A DNA stretch of 63,880 nt, counting the filler, from Basidiobolus ranarum (taxonomy: Eukaryota), in NCBI GenBank assembly GCA_040143965.1. It is 55 parts of 55 records of this genome, joined end to end, with 100 filler letters (N's around TTAATTAATTAA, not from the genome) between each part and the next. Parts side by side here need not be neighbours in the genome. Positions count along the whole stretch, not along the records: positions 25,662 to 26,725 come from JASJQH010006604.1; positions 26,826 to 27,889 come from JASJQH010006605.1; positions 27,990 to 29,053 come from JASJQH010006606.1; positions 29,154 to 30,217 come from JASJQH010006607.1; positions 30,318 to 31,381 come from JASJQH010006608.1; positions 31,482 to 32,544 come from JASJQH010006609.1; positions 32,645 to 33,707 come from JASJQH010006610.1; positions 33,808 to 34,870 come from JASJQH010006611.1; 47 more parts are not named here. One strand, 5' to 3'. Both the position numbers and the translations under genes were made by a program. This document shows, one piece after another, positions 25,662 to 37,479 of the stretch (position 1 is the first letter of the stretch; every line of letters starts with the position of its first letter). The notes beneath the pieces were generated by a model that saw only the letters and a list, made by a program, of their open reading frames with translations, had not been told where the DNA came from and searched no databases.

Positions 25662-26725
25662 TGCTATTAGCAAACATTAGTCCACTCATTACACTTACTG
25701 TAAAGGAAGCAGCTTTGATTATTAAGAAGTGGAGAGTTCAATCCAATCCTAGCAACCAGGTGTTTATTAGTTTTCTTACACTCTTACCACAGTTGATTGG
25801 CAACTGTTGCTTGCCACAGACCTGGTACAAGTGGAAAACACTTGTCAATCATATGACTTATCATCCTTCAGTAATTAAACAACCTTCATGTCCAAATGGT
25901 TGTTTGGCTTTCACTGGTGATCTGAAAAACCTGAAGTCACGTACTGTTTGAACACAATTGGCAATCACTGAATCAAGTAAATAATGTTCATATTGGGCTT
26001 ACATACCGTTGATTCCCTATGTCAAAGTTTTGATGAAATCATCCAAATATAAATTATTGATCCAATACCAAAGTACTCACCATAAAGCTAATGGTATTAC
26101 CAATGTACTTGATGGATGTCACTACCAGAATCTGAAAAGTCAAGGTTTCTTTGAGAACACATATGATCATGCATTTGTGTTGGCTCTGGATGGTGTCTCA
26201 CTAAACAAATATACTGTTGGAAAGGCTTGCTGGCCAATAATTTTAATCCACTTGAATCTTCCTTATTCTGAATGGTATAAGAGTCATAATATTTTTACAC
26301 TATCCAGCATATCTGGATCTAAATCACCAGTGCTTATAGATAGCTTCTTGGAGCCTTTGATTGCAGAATTTGAACAGTTATCAAATGGGGTTCCGATGGG
26401 TGAATATTTTATTAAAGCTAATATCATTGTATGTATTGGTGATACTGCTGCCATCAGTAAACTTGGAGGTTTTCATGGGCACAATGCACTATCTTGCTGT
26501 ATATTTTGTCAAATCAATGGAGTTTACTCTAACAGGCATATGCATTACTACTATTCAAGTACAACACTAAGCTTGATGATTTTACTGTCAAGAGCCCAGT
26601 CAGATTTTGATATAATCACTGATATCAATTCACCAAATAGTCAGTCTAACATCAAACTTGGTATTAGCCATAAGCCTAAGATTATATCGCTAAAGGGGAT
26701 CAGCTGGAGCCAGAGCTTCCCATTA
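25662..26725 (+). mobile_element. CACTA transposase pseudogene
   Basis: CPNGC...C..C cysteine cluster followed by the catalytic-region motifs. Confidence 0.92.
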
Positions 26726-26825
26726 NNNNNNNNNNNNNNNNNNNNNNNNNNNNNNNNNNNNNNNNNNNNTTAATTAATTAANNNNNNNNNNNNNNNNNNN
26801 NNNNNNNNNNNNNNNNNNNNNNNNN

Positions 26826-27055
26826 TTCACACGAGGTAGCTGAGACTCTTCCGGAGTGACTTCGCTCTCCTCATCCAACATAAAGTTAGGGATGAAGACC
26901 TCGTTACCTTCTCTAATCATGAAACCTTCACCTACTGGATAAGTCAACCCAGAAGTTAGAAATTCGTGGTCAGAGGGGATGGACAACTTGATATGAGCAG
27001 CATTGGTCAGTGAGGCTAACAGGAAGGCGCTAATAATGGTTGGTTTGAGATACAT
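26826..27055 (-). CDS. Putative secreted protein, 5' end, unknown family
   Basis: MYLKPTIISAFLLASLTNA-A resembles a signal peptide; TATATAAAA ~70 bp upstream; frame open to the contig end. Confidence 0.6.
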
Positions 27056-29153
27056 CCTGGATAGTGAAACTGGATTGCTGAAAAGCAAAGTGAAGCTGCT
27101 TAAAAATTGAGCAATATTTGCACATTTTATATATTCCAAACAGCGCTTTATTATAGTTGAGATATAGTCATCTCTGACATAAACTATATGGGAACTAAAC
27201 ATTTACTCGTGATACAAACAGGGTAGTTTAAATTACGAGACATTTGTGTTCGAATAATGTGCATTCAACTTATAGATATTCAAGTGAAGACGACAGTTTG
27301 ATGAGTGCCATGGTGTAGTATATAACTACACAGAGTTTGATAGATGACACTGTAGATAATAATCTATATGATGTAAGTACATATTCGTATGTGCTAATGT
27401 GAATCAATATATTAATTCATTTAATAGGTTTCCGTAACTATTGAGAAAGTATAGCTAAAATAACATCGGAGAATAATTTTTAGCTGATTACCGAGAATTT
27501 TGCTTACTAAAGTTGTGAATCACGTTTTGAAACTAGAGTCAAAGAAATCTCGCTTATATATTCACTTTCTAATTCACATTTTAGATATGTCAGTTCAAAA
27601 TTCGCTTACGTTTGTATGTTCATCTTATCATCCACAATTGAGATGCATTAACTAACACTACCAATAGTTATATATGCTTTTTGTTATAAAAAACTTACGA
27701 AGAAGAGAGTTACAGATAAAATCGGTTTATTGAGTCATTTATAAGGAAGGTCACACTGAGAGCGTGATAATTTGGTAAAAGGTCATTTCAGATGGTTATT
27801 CACAATCCTCAGATTTCCAGTATAAATCTTTAACAGACACAGTCATATCCATATCCACCGTATCTACCAAATCTGCCACGACCAAAGCGNNNNNNNNNNN
27901 NNNNNNNNNNNNNNNNNNNNNNNNNNNNNNNNNTTAATTAATTAANNNNNNNNNNNNNNNNNNNNNNNNNNNNNNNNNNNNNNNNNNNNAAGTGATATGA
28001 ATATGCTTTTAATCTGGAGTTGCCATCTTTAGAAGCAAGAAATCTCCCCGCTATCTGTACATTTCTGAGTGTTCAATACTTTTCTAGACACTTGTTGGAT
28101 ACAAAATTTAGGATAAGTTTAACTAGAACTTGGTGTAGACATCAACAAGCTATATCTGTAAACATGGAAAATGGTTGAAGTGCAATCAATATTTCCAACA
28201 ATATTTCTGATTAAACACAACATTTGATTTGCTCATCCATGTACACAGGATTTCTGCTGACATTACATAAAGCTTAGAATGGACTATCCATGATTGATAT
28301 TTACGGCGATATAGAATCATTTTTGACTCTTATGCCTATTTCGCCTTAGTCCTGTTTAAAAGTAGATTGAAGCTAAGACTAATCTGAAAAACTGGGAACC
28401 TGAAAACGATACTGATGATATTTATATAGCATTGCTATATCTAATTCAGGAGCACACGAACGCCATAAGTAACTTTTAACCGGAAATCTTAAACACTTCC
28501 TTCAAGTCCCTCAAGTAGGACGATGTATACTAAGAAAACCTGTTTCGTCACTCAAGTTCATCGCAAGATCCATCGAGTAACATGTATTGTATTTGCTATC
28601 TATTTCTTAATGTAGTAGCTGCATTGCTTATGTCATAGACACTTGGACTCGGTAATGTTTTCAGAAGTCAATCATGGTTTTTTAGGGTTTCGAAGTCTAA
28701 TCCACCCTAAGTGTGTATAGTTTTGGGGTTAGGGGAGAGAGTAACCAACAGGTGAAACCTTTATTTCAAGCAAAACAAAGAAGCTATAACTACTTTTGTA
28801 GTTTCTTAATCAAAGTGTGAAGTACTGGAGTATTAGTATGAATGTTGCAAAGTAGAAAAGTTAAGTCAGTAGAGTCTAAGACACTATTAAGTGGAGTGGG
28901 AGGGAGTAACAAAGGTAAAATGATTTGTCAACAATGGAAATTAGTGGAATGAGACCAGGATTAACATAAAGCATAAAGGGAGTATGTTTCTGAAGATATT
29001 GCTGCCAAAGGTCCACTAAGTATTTAGGGTTAGGGTATAGATGTTCTGGTAAGNNNNNNNNNNNNNNNNNNNNNNNNNNNNNNNNNNNNNNNNNNNNTTA
29101 ATTAATTAANNNNNNNNNNNNNNNNNNNNNNNNNNNNNNNNNNNNNNNNNNNN

Positions 29154-30217
29154 GGAAAATCCCTATATATATATAACAAGTATGTCTTATTACTCCCACA
29201 TATCTATAATACCTTATCACACATGCTCCTGAATATCTGAAACAATTAATTTACTTTTCTACTACATAAGTCACCATATACAATCAATAATAAAGTAACT
29301 AAAGCACACTATTATAAGTTTCTTCTAATACACAAAATATACCCCAATTATTTCAATTTCCTCCGACATGGTAGCAGCAAGTGAAATAGAGTTTTCTTCC
29401 CAAAAGAAGATTACTAATATTCCAATGTTTGATGAGGAAGATTTCCATGACTGGATATGCAAGATGTAACTTACTCTTGAAGGGAAGCATGTCTAGGAAG
29501 TAATTCAACCAGATAAAGAAGAAAGCATAAACAATTATTGGTGGTTTGCAATCAATCACAGCAAGTACCATATCAGTCACAAGATTCAGGCAATCAGGCT
29601 AAGAAATCCTACAAAGTGGCAATCAGAGACACTCTGTAAGTGATACATCTGATGCTTCTACCAAGAACTTTGGATGTCTCCAATCAGAGGATGTACTCAA
29701 CAGATTCAATACAGAAAATTTGACACATGCTCTGCAATCTCAGGGAGCAACCTAACAGAGAAAAGCCATTGATGGTGAAATCCACTCCCTAATCAAGAAT
29801 GAAACATGGTTCCTGGTGGATGTACCTACTGGAAAAAAACCTATTGGGAATAGATGGGTGCTGAAGCTAAAACATAACACAGATGGATCTATCACCAGTA
29901 CAAAGCAAGATTAGTAGCAAAAGGCTATGCTCAGAAACACAATATTGACTACAATGAGACATTTTCTCTTGTTGCTATGTTTACCATCATCAGAGTAATC
30001 TCAGCCGTTACTACCCACCAAGGAATGATTTTGAACATATGGATGTTGAGACATCATTCCTTAATGGCAAAATTGATGAAGCTATATATATGGATCAACC
30101 ACAGGGGTATATTGTAAAAGGAAATGAAAATCAAATGTATAAGCTACAGACATTTCTATAAGCTCTGAAACAGCCTCCACATGCATGGAGTACTAAAATC
30201 AATCAGATCTTCATGAG
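29154..30217 (+). mobile_element. Copia family C: LTR end (29368), PBS TGGTAGCAGC, large deletion, then RT
   Basis: LTR matches 43110-43215; ~29581 matches the post-integrase linker at ~23195; [25 protein letters not shown] motifs. Confidence 0.85.
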
Positions 30218-30317
30218 NNNNNNNNNNNNNNNNNNNNNNNNNNNNNNNNNNNNNNNNNNNNTTAATTAATTAANNNNNNNNNNNNNNNNNNNNNNNNNNN
30301 NNNNNNNNNNNNNNNNN

Positions 30318-30486
30318 GATTCTGACATTGAAACAAAGAAGCCAACATGTAAAGAAGCCAGGGCAACCTTCAAAGAAAAAGACAGAATGGCATTTAGGGA
30401 AATATGTCTAAGACTGGGATCACAACAACTTATGATAGTCAGAGATGCTGACTCTGCCAAGAATTCATGGGAAATCCTAGTGGAAC
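30318..30486 (+). mobile_element. Copia gag N-terminal fragment (target of LTR-A)
   Basis: KDRMAFREICLRL...IVRDADSAKNSWEIL gag-like pattern. Confidence 0.65.
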
Positions 30487-30834
30487 TGTTGAAATTTGCA
30501 TTGCCTAAACACCTATATATTCATATATAGCTTAGTACCTAGTTTTCTTATAATTCACTAAGATATTATCCATTACTCTCAATTGGAATTTACTTAGAAT
30601 AATTCTACCAACCTAGAAGTTCACAGATATATATATTTTTCAAACTTGTGCTGGAAGCCCCAAACTTAGCACACAAGTTCCTGGGACCTTCCTTAGCACA
30701 TCCCACATGTTAGTTTGTTTATATCTTGACAAAACTATGAATGTCAACTTTCTATTCAATAAATCAATAAGTGAAAACCACCAATTCCCCTAATTCTCCA
30801 AACCACTTCCAACAGGCTCCCAAATACTTTAACA
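30487..30834 (+). repeat. Complete Copia LTR-A (348 bp)
   Basis: TGTTGAAA...TTTAACA termini, AATAAA, followed by damaged PBS and gag. Confidence 0.9.
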
Positions 30835-30858
30835 GGCACCAAGCTTGCACTCTCTGTA

Positions 30859-31276
30859 ATGTCTACTTCCCAAATCTATGAAACTTTTCCCTCTTCTGAA
30901 AAATTGGATGGATCCTATTATCAAGTTTGGAAAATCAAAATGAAAATGCAGCTGCAAGAAAAAAGACTTTGGGACACTGTTGTAGGGGAAAAAAACAATC
31001 AAAATATGTGAAACCAAAGTTTTACTCCTGGTTAAAAAGAACAAAGTGCCTTTAACACAATTTGTCTTAATGTAAAAGACAAATTGCTAATTTGATGTTC
31101 AAGAGCCAAAACTACCAAGAAGGTATGGAAAGCCTTGGAAGACACCAATCAAATAAGTTGTGCTGCCAACAAGATATTTCTAAGAGGACAATTCTTTAAC
31201 TTAAAGATGCAGTCAGGAGAAGACATTAAAGCACTAATTAATAGAGTCACTATTTTAATGGATGAAATGGAATGCA
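30859..31276 (+). mobile_element. Copia-A gag pseudogene
   Basis: Homologous to 2515-2932. Confidence 0.88.
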
Positions 31277-31381
31277 TATTGGGAAAATATGGGCTGTTTG
31301 GAGGAACTTTAGAAAAGTGGAGTTGTGAATAGCTTTGTGAGATAATTATTTATTGACCAGAAATTAAGCATTTATACATTT
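31277..31381 (-). mobile_element. Copia LTR-B 3' end inserted in gag-A
   Basis: TATTGGGAAAATATGGG, as at 57742. Confidence 0.8.
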
Positions 31382-31481
31382 NNNNNNNNNNNNNNNNNNN
31401 NNNNNNNNNNNNNNNNNNNNNNNNNTTAATTAATTAANNNNNNNNNNNNNNNNNNNNNNNNNNNNNNNNNNNNNNNNNNNN

Positions 31482-31887
31482 TCACATCATCAAAATCCCT
31501 GGCAGAATGCAAGCCAACAATATTGTGACGGTTCTCTGACGGTTTTGCTATTTTGGAGGGTGGATCCGATCCGGATCAAATCAATTTTATTTTTGTTAGG
31601 GTAAAGAGACTAGGAATTTTGAAGATGATAAATCAGCATTCAAGTGGTAATTGTGTAAATTTGAGTTACAATTTTTGCACATGTGTTGATCAAAAGTTCT
31701 CTAAGATTGTAGCCAATCATGCACAACTATTTTGCAAGATCTTGAAATATCACTCCTGAAACTGAAAAAATTGATTAAAATTAAATCTAACTTAATGATT
31801 TTATGATGGTAAGTAAGCAGTCAATCCCATATGGATTAAAATTGTCATGGTTTTCCTACAATAACAATCATCAAATTTCTGTCAGGG
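31482..31887. mobile_element. Two CACTA termini in tandem (transposase-side end at 31601 inserted near an ORF2-side end at 31887)
   Basis: ...TTTTTGTTAGGG and ...TTTCTGTCAGGG. Confidence 0.8.
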
Positions 31888-32544
31888 TCATGAAGCATTA
31901 ATCTTGCCTTTTCCATTTTTGATCTGTTTACACATTCTGCTACTCCATTCTGCTATGGGGAATAAGGCACTGTAGTCTGCTGTTTTAACCCATGTTTTGA
32001 GCAGAAGTAAGACAAGAGTTTTGATGTATATTCCCTTCAATTAAAAGTACAGAAAATCTTAATCTTTAGACCTGTTTCAGTCACCACCATTGCTTTGAAT
32101 TTCTTGAAGGTATCAAAGGCTTCATCCTTACTGGCCAGAAAGTACACCCAGGTATACTTTGTCTTATCTCCAATAAAGGTCATAAAATACCTTTTCCTGC
32201 TTAAGGATTTTGTCTGCATTGGGCCACATAGATCTGATTGGATCAGGCCCAATTTTGGATCAATTTTGCTCATTCCAGAGCTCACAAAAGGCTGTCTGTG
32301 TTGCTTCTATATAAGCAACCTTAACATAGCTCCAGATCTGGTGGAATTACAAAATTTGGTCCCAAAACCATCTTGTATTTGATTGAACTTTGCATATTTT
32401 CAGCTCCTAGATGACCCAATCTCCTATGCCATATTTTCCAGTCTATCTCTTCAGCTGTGATAGTACGAACTTGTTCAGGTATTGGCCTAATATAATGAAG
32501 CTTGTCCAAGTTATTTTGCTTAGCTCCAGAAGCTATGTAATTCA
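31888..32544 (-). mobile_element. Copia GAG-pre-integrase/integrase fragment
   Basis: IWHRRLGH, SDLCGPMQT, YFMTFIGD; same family as 8560-9241 and 48915-49975. Confidence 0.9.
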
Positions 32545-32644
32545 NNNNNNNNNNNNNNNNNNNNNNNNNNNNNNNNNNNNNNNNNNNNTTAATTAATTAA
32601 NNNNNNNNNNNNNNNNNNNNNNNNNNNNNNNNNNNNNNNNNNNN

Positions 32645-33707
32645 CTCTCTAACTGTAGACTAGTTGCTTCCAAATGCTACATTAATTGCAATATTGTGGC
32701 ATTATTACTTGTTGTGGCCTGTATAGCAACTTCATGGTTTTTGCTTTTGATTGCATACAAATCATTATAGTGTTCTGCCTGTGATTCCCTTGTTGTAATA
32801 ATTCTATCCAAATATTCTAAGGAGGATTGTTCAATAGTGTGCAAAGTAGCCATTTTGCTAGTTGATAATCTTGATGATATTTTGGTTGAACTTTGCTCAA
32901 TATTGATTTGCTACGTAATTGGGGGATTACAATCTCTTCACTTGCACTATTGCTGTCAATGGGCAAATATAGTAAATTGATCAATGCTTCAGCATTACTT
33001 GAGTTAGTTTCCTCTTGTTAATGCCTTCCAAAGTAGATAGTGGATTACTAGACTGCTCATGAATTAGGTCCTCTGTTCTTGCTGGTTTTTTCCTTTTGTG
33101 CCAGCGGCTTTGGCTTGGAAGCTGATTTTGATTGAGATTTTGATGTTTTTGAATGGCATTGTAATTTTCAGATGGTAAACTTGGTGTAATGAGATTACTT
33201 AGAAACAGCTCATAATAAACCAAAATTGCCCTCCATTAACAGAAATATCCTGTAAATCCCCTTATGACTCATCTGTGCCACTGTCTCAGAATCAGCTGAT
33301 GATATTGATTGCTATACCTAAAAGATCACCCTAATGTAGGAGTTGTTCTTTTTTCTACAATATCCTTCTCATGCCACCACAAAAATCTTTAAAGAAGCCC
33401 TGCTATCATTGTCACCAATTCTTGTGCTATAAAAGCCAGAGGCTTCATAGAAAAAATGATCACAAACACAGTCACTGTACAAAGCCACCAGCTATGCAAA
33501 GCCTGGTGTATAACAACAGTAATAAGTGCACTAAATCAACTTTAGTTTGGCCCATTGAGTCCACTGACTGTACTTTGCCTCAAAGTTTTGTTAACACTGC
33601 CAAAAGTCAAGATACCATGGAGTCACCACAGTTATATGACCAGAATGATATAGGTTGAAATGCAACTTTGGTAGAACCAGTAAGTCCAGACAGCTTTGAG
33701 GACTTGC
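32645..33707. mobile_element. CACTA centre: ORF2 (-, ATG 33159) and transposase (+, ATG 33371) head-to-head
   Basis: Both frames match other copies; 211-bp spacer. Confidence 0.82.
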
Positions 33708-33807
33708 NNNNNNNNNNNNNNNNNNNNNNNNNNNNNNNNNNNNNNNNNNNNTTAATTAATTAANNNNNNNNNNNNNNNNNNNNNNNNNNNNNNNNNNNNN
33801 NNNNNNN

Positions 33808-34750
33808 TAAAAATAATACAGAGTAAATATTAGATGCGTTTTTTTCTCCCAGCTTTTGCGTGTCAAACATATACTCCAACACATCTTTCTTGGATTTGAA
33901 AACTTTATCCAACTCTATATGGCGATATATGTGAAAACACAATTGGAATTGTGTCTTTGCGGACTCAAAATCAAAATTCCTATCTTGCAATTCATGGTTT
34001 CCATCCTCATAAGTCTTATTATATATTTTCATGCAGACTTCTCATGGCATGAAGACATAGACTTTATTGGTTTCAATCAGAATTAGGGATATTTTATATT
34101 ATTGGTTAAAATGTCAAAGTTGATTTCCTGTGGTGTGATCAAGAATAATGCATTCCACTTTGAGCCATTTCAATATGTATGCAAAATAAATTGATTCAGA
34201 TTGAACTATGATTGATTTTGCTGATGCAGTTTATTATATAATTTCCATGCAATTTTACATATTTGGAAAAATTCGGATAATAAATGCAAACACAAGTTTT
34301 ATTTTACAGAATGTAGGGAATTTTACCGTGGTAATTGAAATTCTTATATAAACAACCCATGCATGCCAGATCAATCAGTATTAAGCCAGCTCATTACAAG
34401 ATTAATATCATGCTCTCCATCTACTCTAAATTGTCATTCTTCTTCAATCCAAAGGCAACTACTAGCTTTCCTATCACCACCCTAGAAGCTATATTTGAGA
34501 AATACTGTGGATCATATACTCCAATACCTACCAGAAAGCAGCTAATCAATTTGTTTTGTTCCTACAAAAGCTCTTGTCAGATCAGATTTCAGTGCACTAT
34601 TAATGGTAGCAACAGTGGGAGAGGCTTCCATACAAGGCTTCAAGTAAGTGAGAATTATCTAGCTTCCGTGATGAATGATGTTGAAGATGCCTGGGACAAA
34701 AGATTTAGAGACTCTAATTTCCCTTCATTTTGTCAAGTATTTCTCAATAG
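33808..34750. mobile_element. Unclassified repeat with divergent ORFs
   Basis: ~33934-34390 homologous to ~38775-39522; minus ORF RNFDFE.AKTQFQLCF; plus ORF MLSIYSK...AWDKRF. Confidence 0.5.
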
Positions 34751-34754
34751 GGTT

Positions 34755-34870
34755 CATAGGGATGGATTTATTGACCCAAAACATCCTGATATGGTCTGTA
34801 AACTGCAAAAATTGCTCTATGGACTCAGGCAAGCACCCAGGGCATGGTACAACAAGATAGATACCTATTT
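34755..34870 (+). mobile_element. Copia RT fragment
   Basis: VCKLQKLLYGLRQAPRAWY. Confidence 0.88.
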
Positions 34871-34970
34871 NNNNNNNNNNNNNNNNNNNNNNNNNNNNNN
34901 NNNNNNNNNNNNNNTTAATTAATTAANNNNNNNNNNNNNNNNNNNNNNNNNNNNNNNNNNNNNNNNNNNN

Positions 34971-36033
34971 TTGCAAGGTGAAACATAATATACTGAATAG
35001 GGAATATACTGTGGCAAGTTCAAGAGTTGGGGTGTTGGGGACTACAAGGACCAATACAAAGAGGGATGATGTAAGGATGATCAGGTGACCTTCCATGGAA
35101 GGTCTTGGTGGAAATACACTATGTGTGGGATGACATGATTGGTTAGGTTTCATGGAATGTTCCAAAGAACATGATTTCCATATAAGGTAATCTGGATGAA
35201 CTGACACCAGATTGCCAAGAAGGGATGGCACAGCAGATATGATGTCATAATCTAATAATAGAGAAGTTCTATTTGTAGTGGATCAGTATGCTGAGATCAG
35301 AATCATGACAGTATCCCCTTCTTTAGTGATGGCTTCCAGACATCATAGGGCCAGGTTTGTCTGGATACACTTCATGAAACTCCTGGCAAAGTTCCTTGGA
35401 ATCGGAAAGATTTGTTGCTGGCTCCCATGATTGATCATTTGTTGGATATCCCTTCCAGTCCACTAAATATTGCAATTTACATTGATAAATTCTGGAATCT
35501 AGAATTTGCTAACTTCATATTCAGGGTGTTCTTCCACTTGGATTGCTGGGGGTGGGTCAATGGATTGGCCCTGGAAGGTGTTTCTGGCATGTGGCTCTAA
35601 GAGAGACACATGGAATACATTGTGGACTTTGAAATGGGCTGGGAGTTCAAGGCAGAAGGCTACTGAATTAATTTGCTTCATAATCTTCAAAGGCCCTAGT
35701 CTTTTATGATCATGTTTAGGGTTAGGGTAAACAAGAATATCACGTTCTTCTTGAGAGCTTGAAAAGATCAAGATATTGTCAAGGTAGATTACCACAAATT
35801 GGTCAAGATACTCTCTGAAGATTTCATTCATCATGTGTTGAAAGACTGCAGGGGCATTGGTAAGTCCAAATGGCATGACATTGTATTCAAAGTGTCCATA
35901 GCGAGTTCAAAAGGCAGTTTTTCATTGGTCTCCTGGTTTGATTCTTACAAGATTGTAAGCACCTCTTAGATCAATCTTTGTAAACACCTTGGCTGAAGCA
36001 AGCTGATCCAAGAGTGAGTTGATTAATGGCAAG
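34971..36033 (-). mobile_element. Chromovirus-type Gypsy 3' end: truncated RT joined to integrase tail, chromodomain, PPT, 3' LTR-D (starts 35310)
   Basis: [30 protein letters not shown]...YLVDWKGYP...SWEP; AAAGAAGGGGATAC|TGTCATG. Confidence 0.9.
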
Positions 36034-36133
36034 NNNNNNNNNNNNNNNNNNNNNNNNNNNNNNNNNNNNNNNNNNNNTTAATTAATTAANNNNNNNNNNN
36101 NNNNNNNNNNNNNNNNNNNNNNNNNNNNNNNNN

Positions 36134-36472
36134 GGAAATGACAGTGTAGTTCTCCCAACCAATCATACCAGTGACAATATCACCTTCCTTGTATTCAGGG
36201 TTCTTGGATTTGATCACTTCACTGACACCACCGGCTTGCATAACTTCACCTAGGGTGAAAGCAGGAGCATAAGACTTGGTTCCGGCAGGACGCATTCTAC
36301 CACGCATATATGGGTCAACTGACATATACAAGTTGCGAAGGAGAACATCATTCTCATTGAGAGTGACAGAGTTGGCATCGAATTCTTTGGTGACCAACTC
36401 GATGTCTTTGCCAACGACAGGCATACCCTCGGGGACTTGTTTGAAGATTACTTGAGTGTTATTGGAAGACAT
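36134..36472 (-). CDS. NADP-dependent oxidoreductase (prostaglandin/alkenal reductase-like MDR), N-terminal part
   Basis: LYMSVDPYMRGRM, GGVSEVIKS, GDIV.G..GW motifs. Confidence 0.92.
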
Positions 36473-37057
36473 GTTGTAGACTATTGATTTTAGAATGATA
36501 TGAATTTTAAGAAGGCAGATCGTCCTTTTTATAGCTTGTGATTTGCTTTAAAACCTTCTAAATTATTAGTCAGCAAATTGCGGATTGCAACACTAATTAT
36601 GGCGCACTATTATGCCTTTTAATTAATTATTAAAGATTTGATCTCTACAACCAATCCTATTGTTGGAAATTATTCACTAACCAATTTCTCGAAATTCAAC
36701 CAGAGCAATAAGGTCATTCGGATGTGTTCCGATCATTTGCAAATCAATAATAAAATATACTACTACAAAATTTGAAAGATAAGAAATTTACTATATTTAT
36801 ATGAATCGTCGATAAGCAAGTAAGAGTTACACTAAACCATAAGATGTGATCGGGAATCGGTTAGTCGAGTGACTACGTATATTTATATACATGAGTACTT
36901 AGAACGCCATTACATACGAGTTTTTCAAGTAATTATATTGGATAAGAATTAATATCTACCCTCGGATTTACGCTATTCAATTGTGATTTGAAATTTATAA
37001 ATTTTTTTATTATAAGTATTATATTCTAAATTAAAAACAAAAATTACACTGTTCAAT

Positions 37058-37196
37058 TTAGAGATCAGCGAGTTTAACAACTTGTTTACCAAAGTTTTCA
37101 CCTCGAAGAATACGGAGGAATGCTTCAGGTGCGTTCTCGATACCTTCCATTTTGTCTTCCTTGTACAGCATCTTGCCTTCCTTCAACCAGGTAGGC
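37058..37196 (-). CDS. C-terminus of an upstream paralogous NADP-dependent oxidoreductase
   Basis: Manual translation PTWLKEGKMLYKEDKMEGIENAPEAFLRILRGENFGKQVVKLADL*. Confidence 0.85.
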
Positions 37197-37479
37197 NNNN
37201 NNNNNNNNNNNNNNNNNNNNNNNNNNNNNNNNNNNNNNNNTTAATTAATTAANNNNNNNNNNNNNNNNNNNNNNNNNNNNNNNNNNNNNNNNNNNNATTG
37301 CTTATTAGTAATGAATTAGTGGTTATTTATTCAAAATCAGGTGATCGAGTTATCAAGTGGTGATATTGAGCCTATAAATCGCAAGATATAAGGTACATTC
37401 ATAATAGACTACTTTGAAGGTACCTACTTCGCTTACTTTTCTCGCAATATTTCTGATTACAGTGCTTCTTTCCACCACC

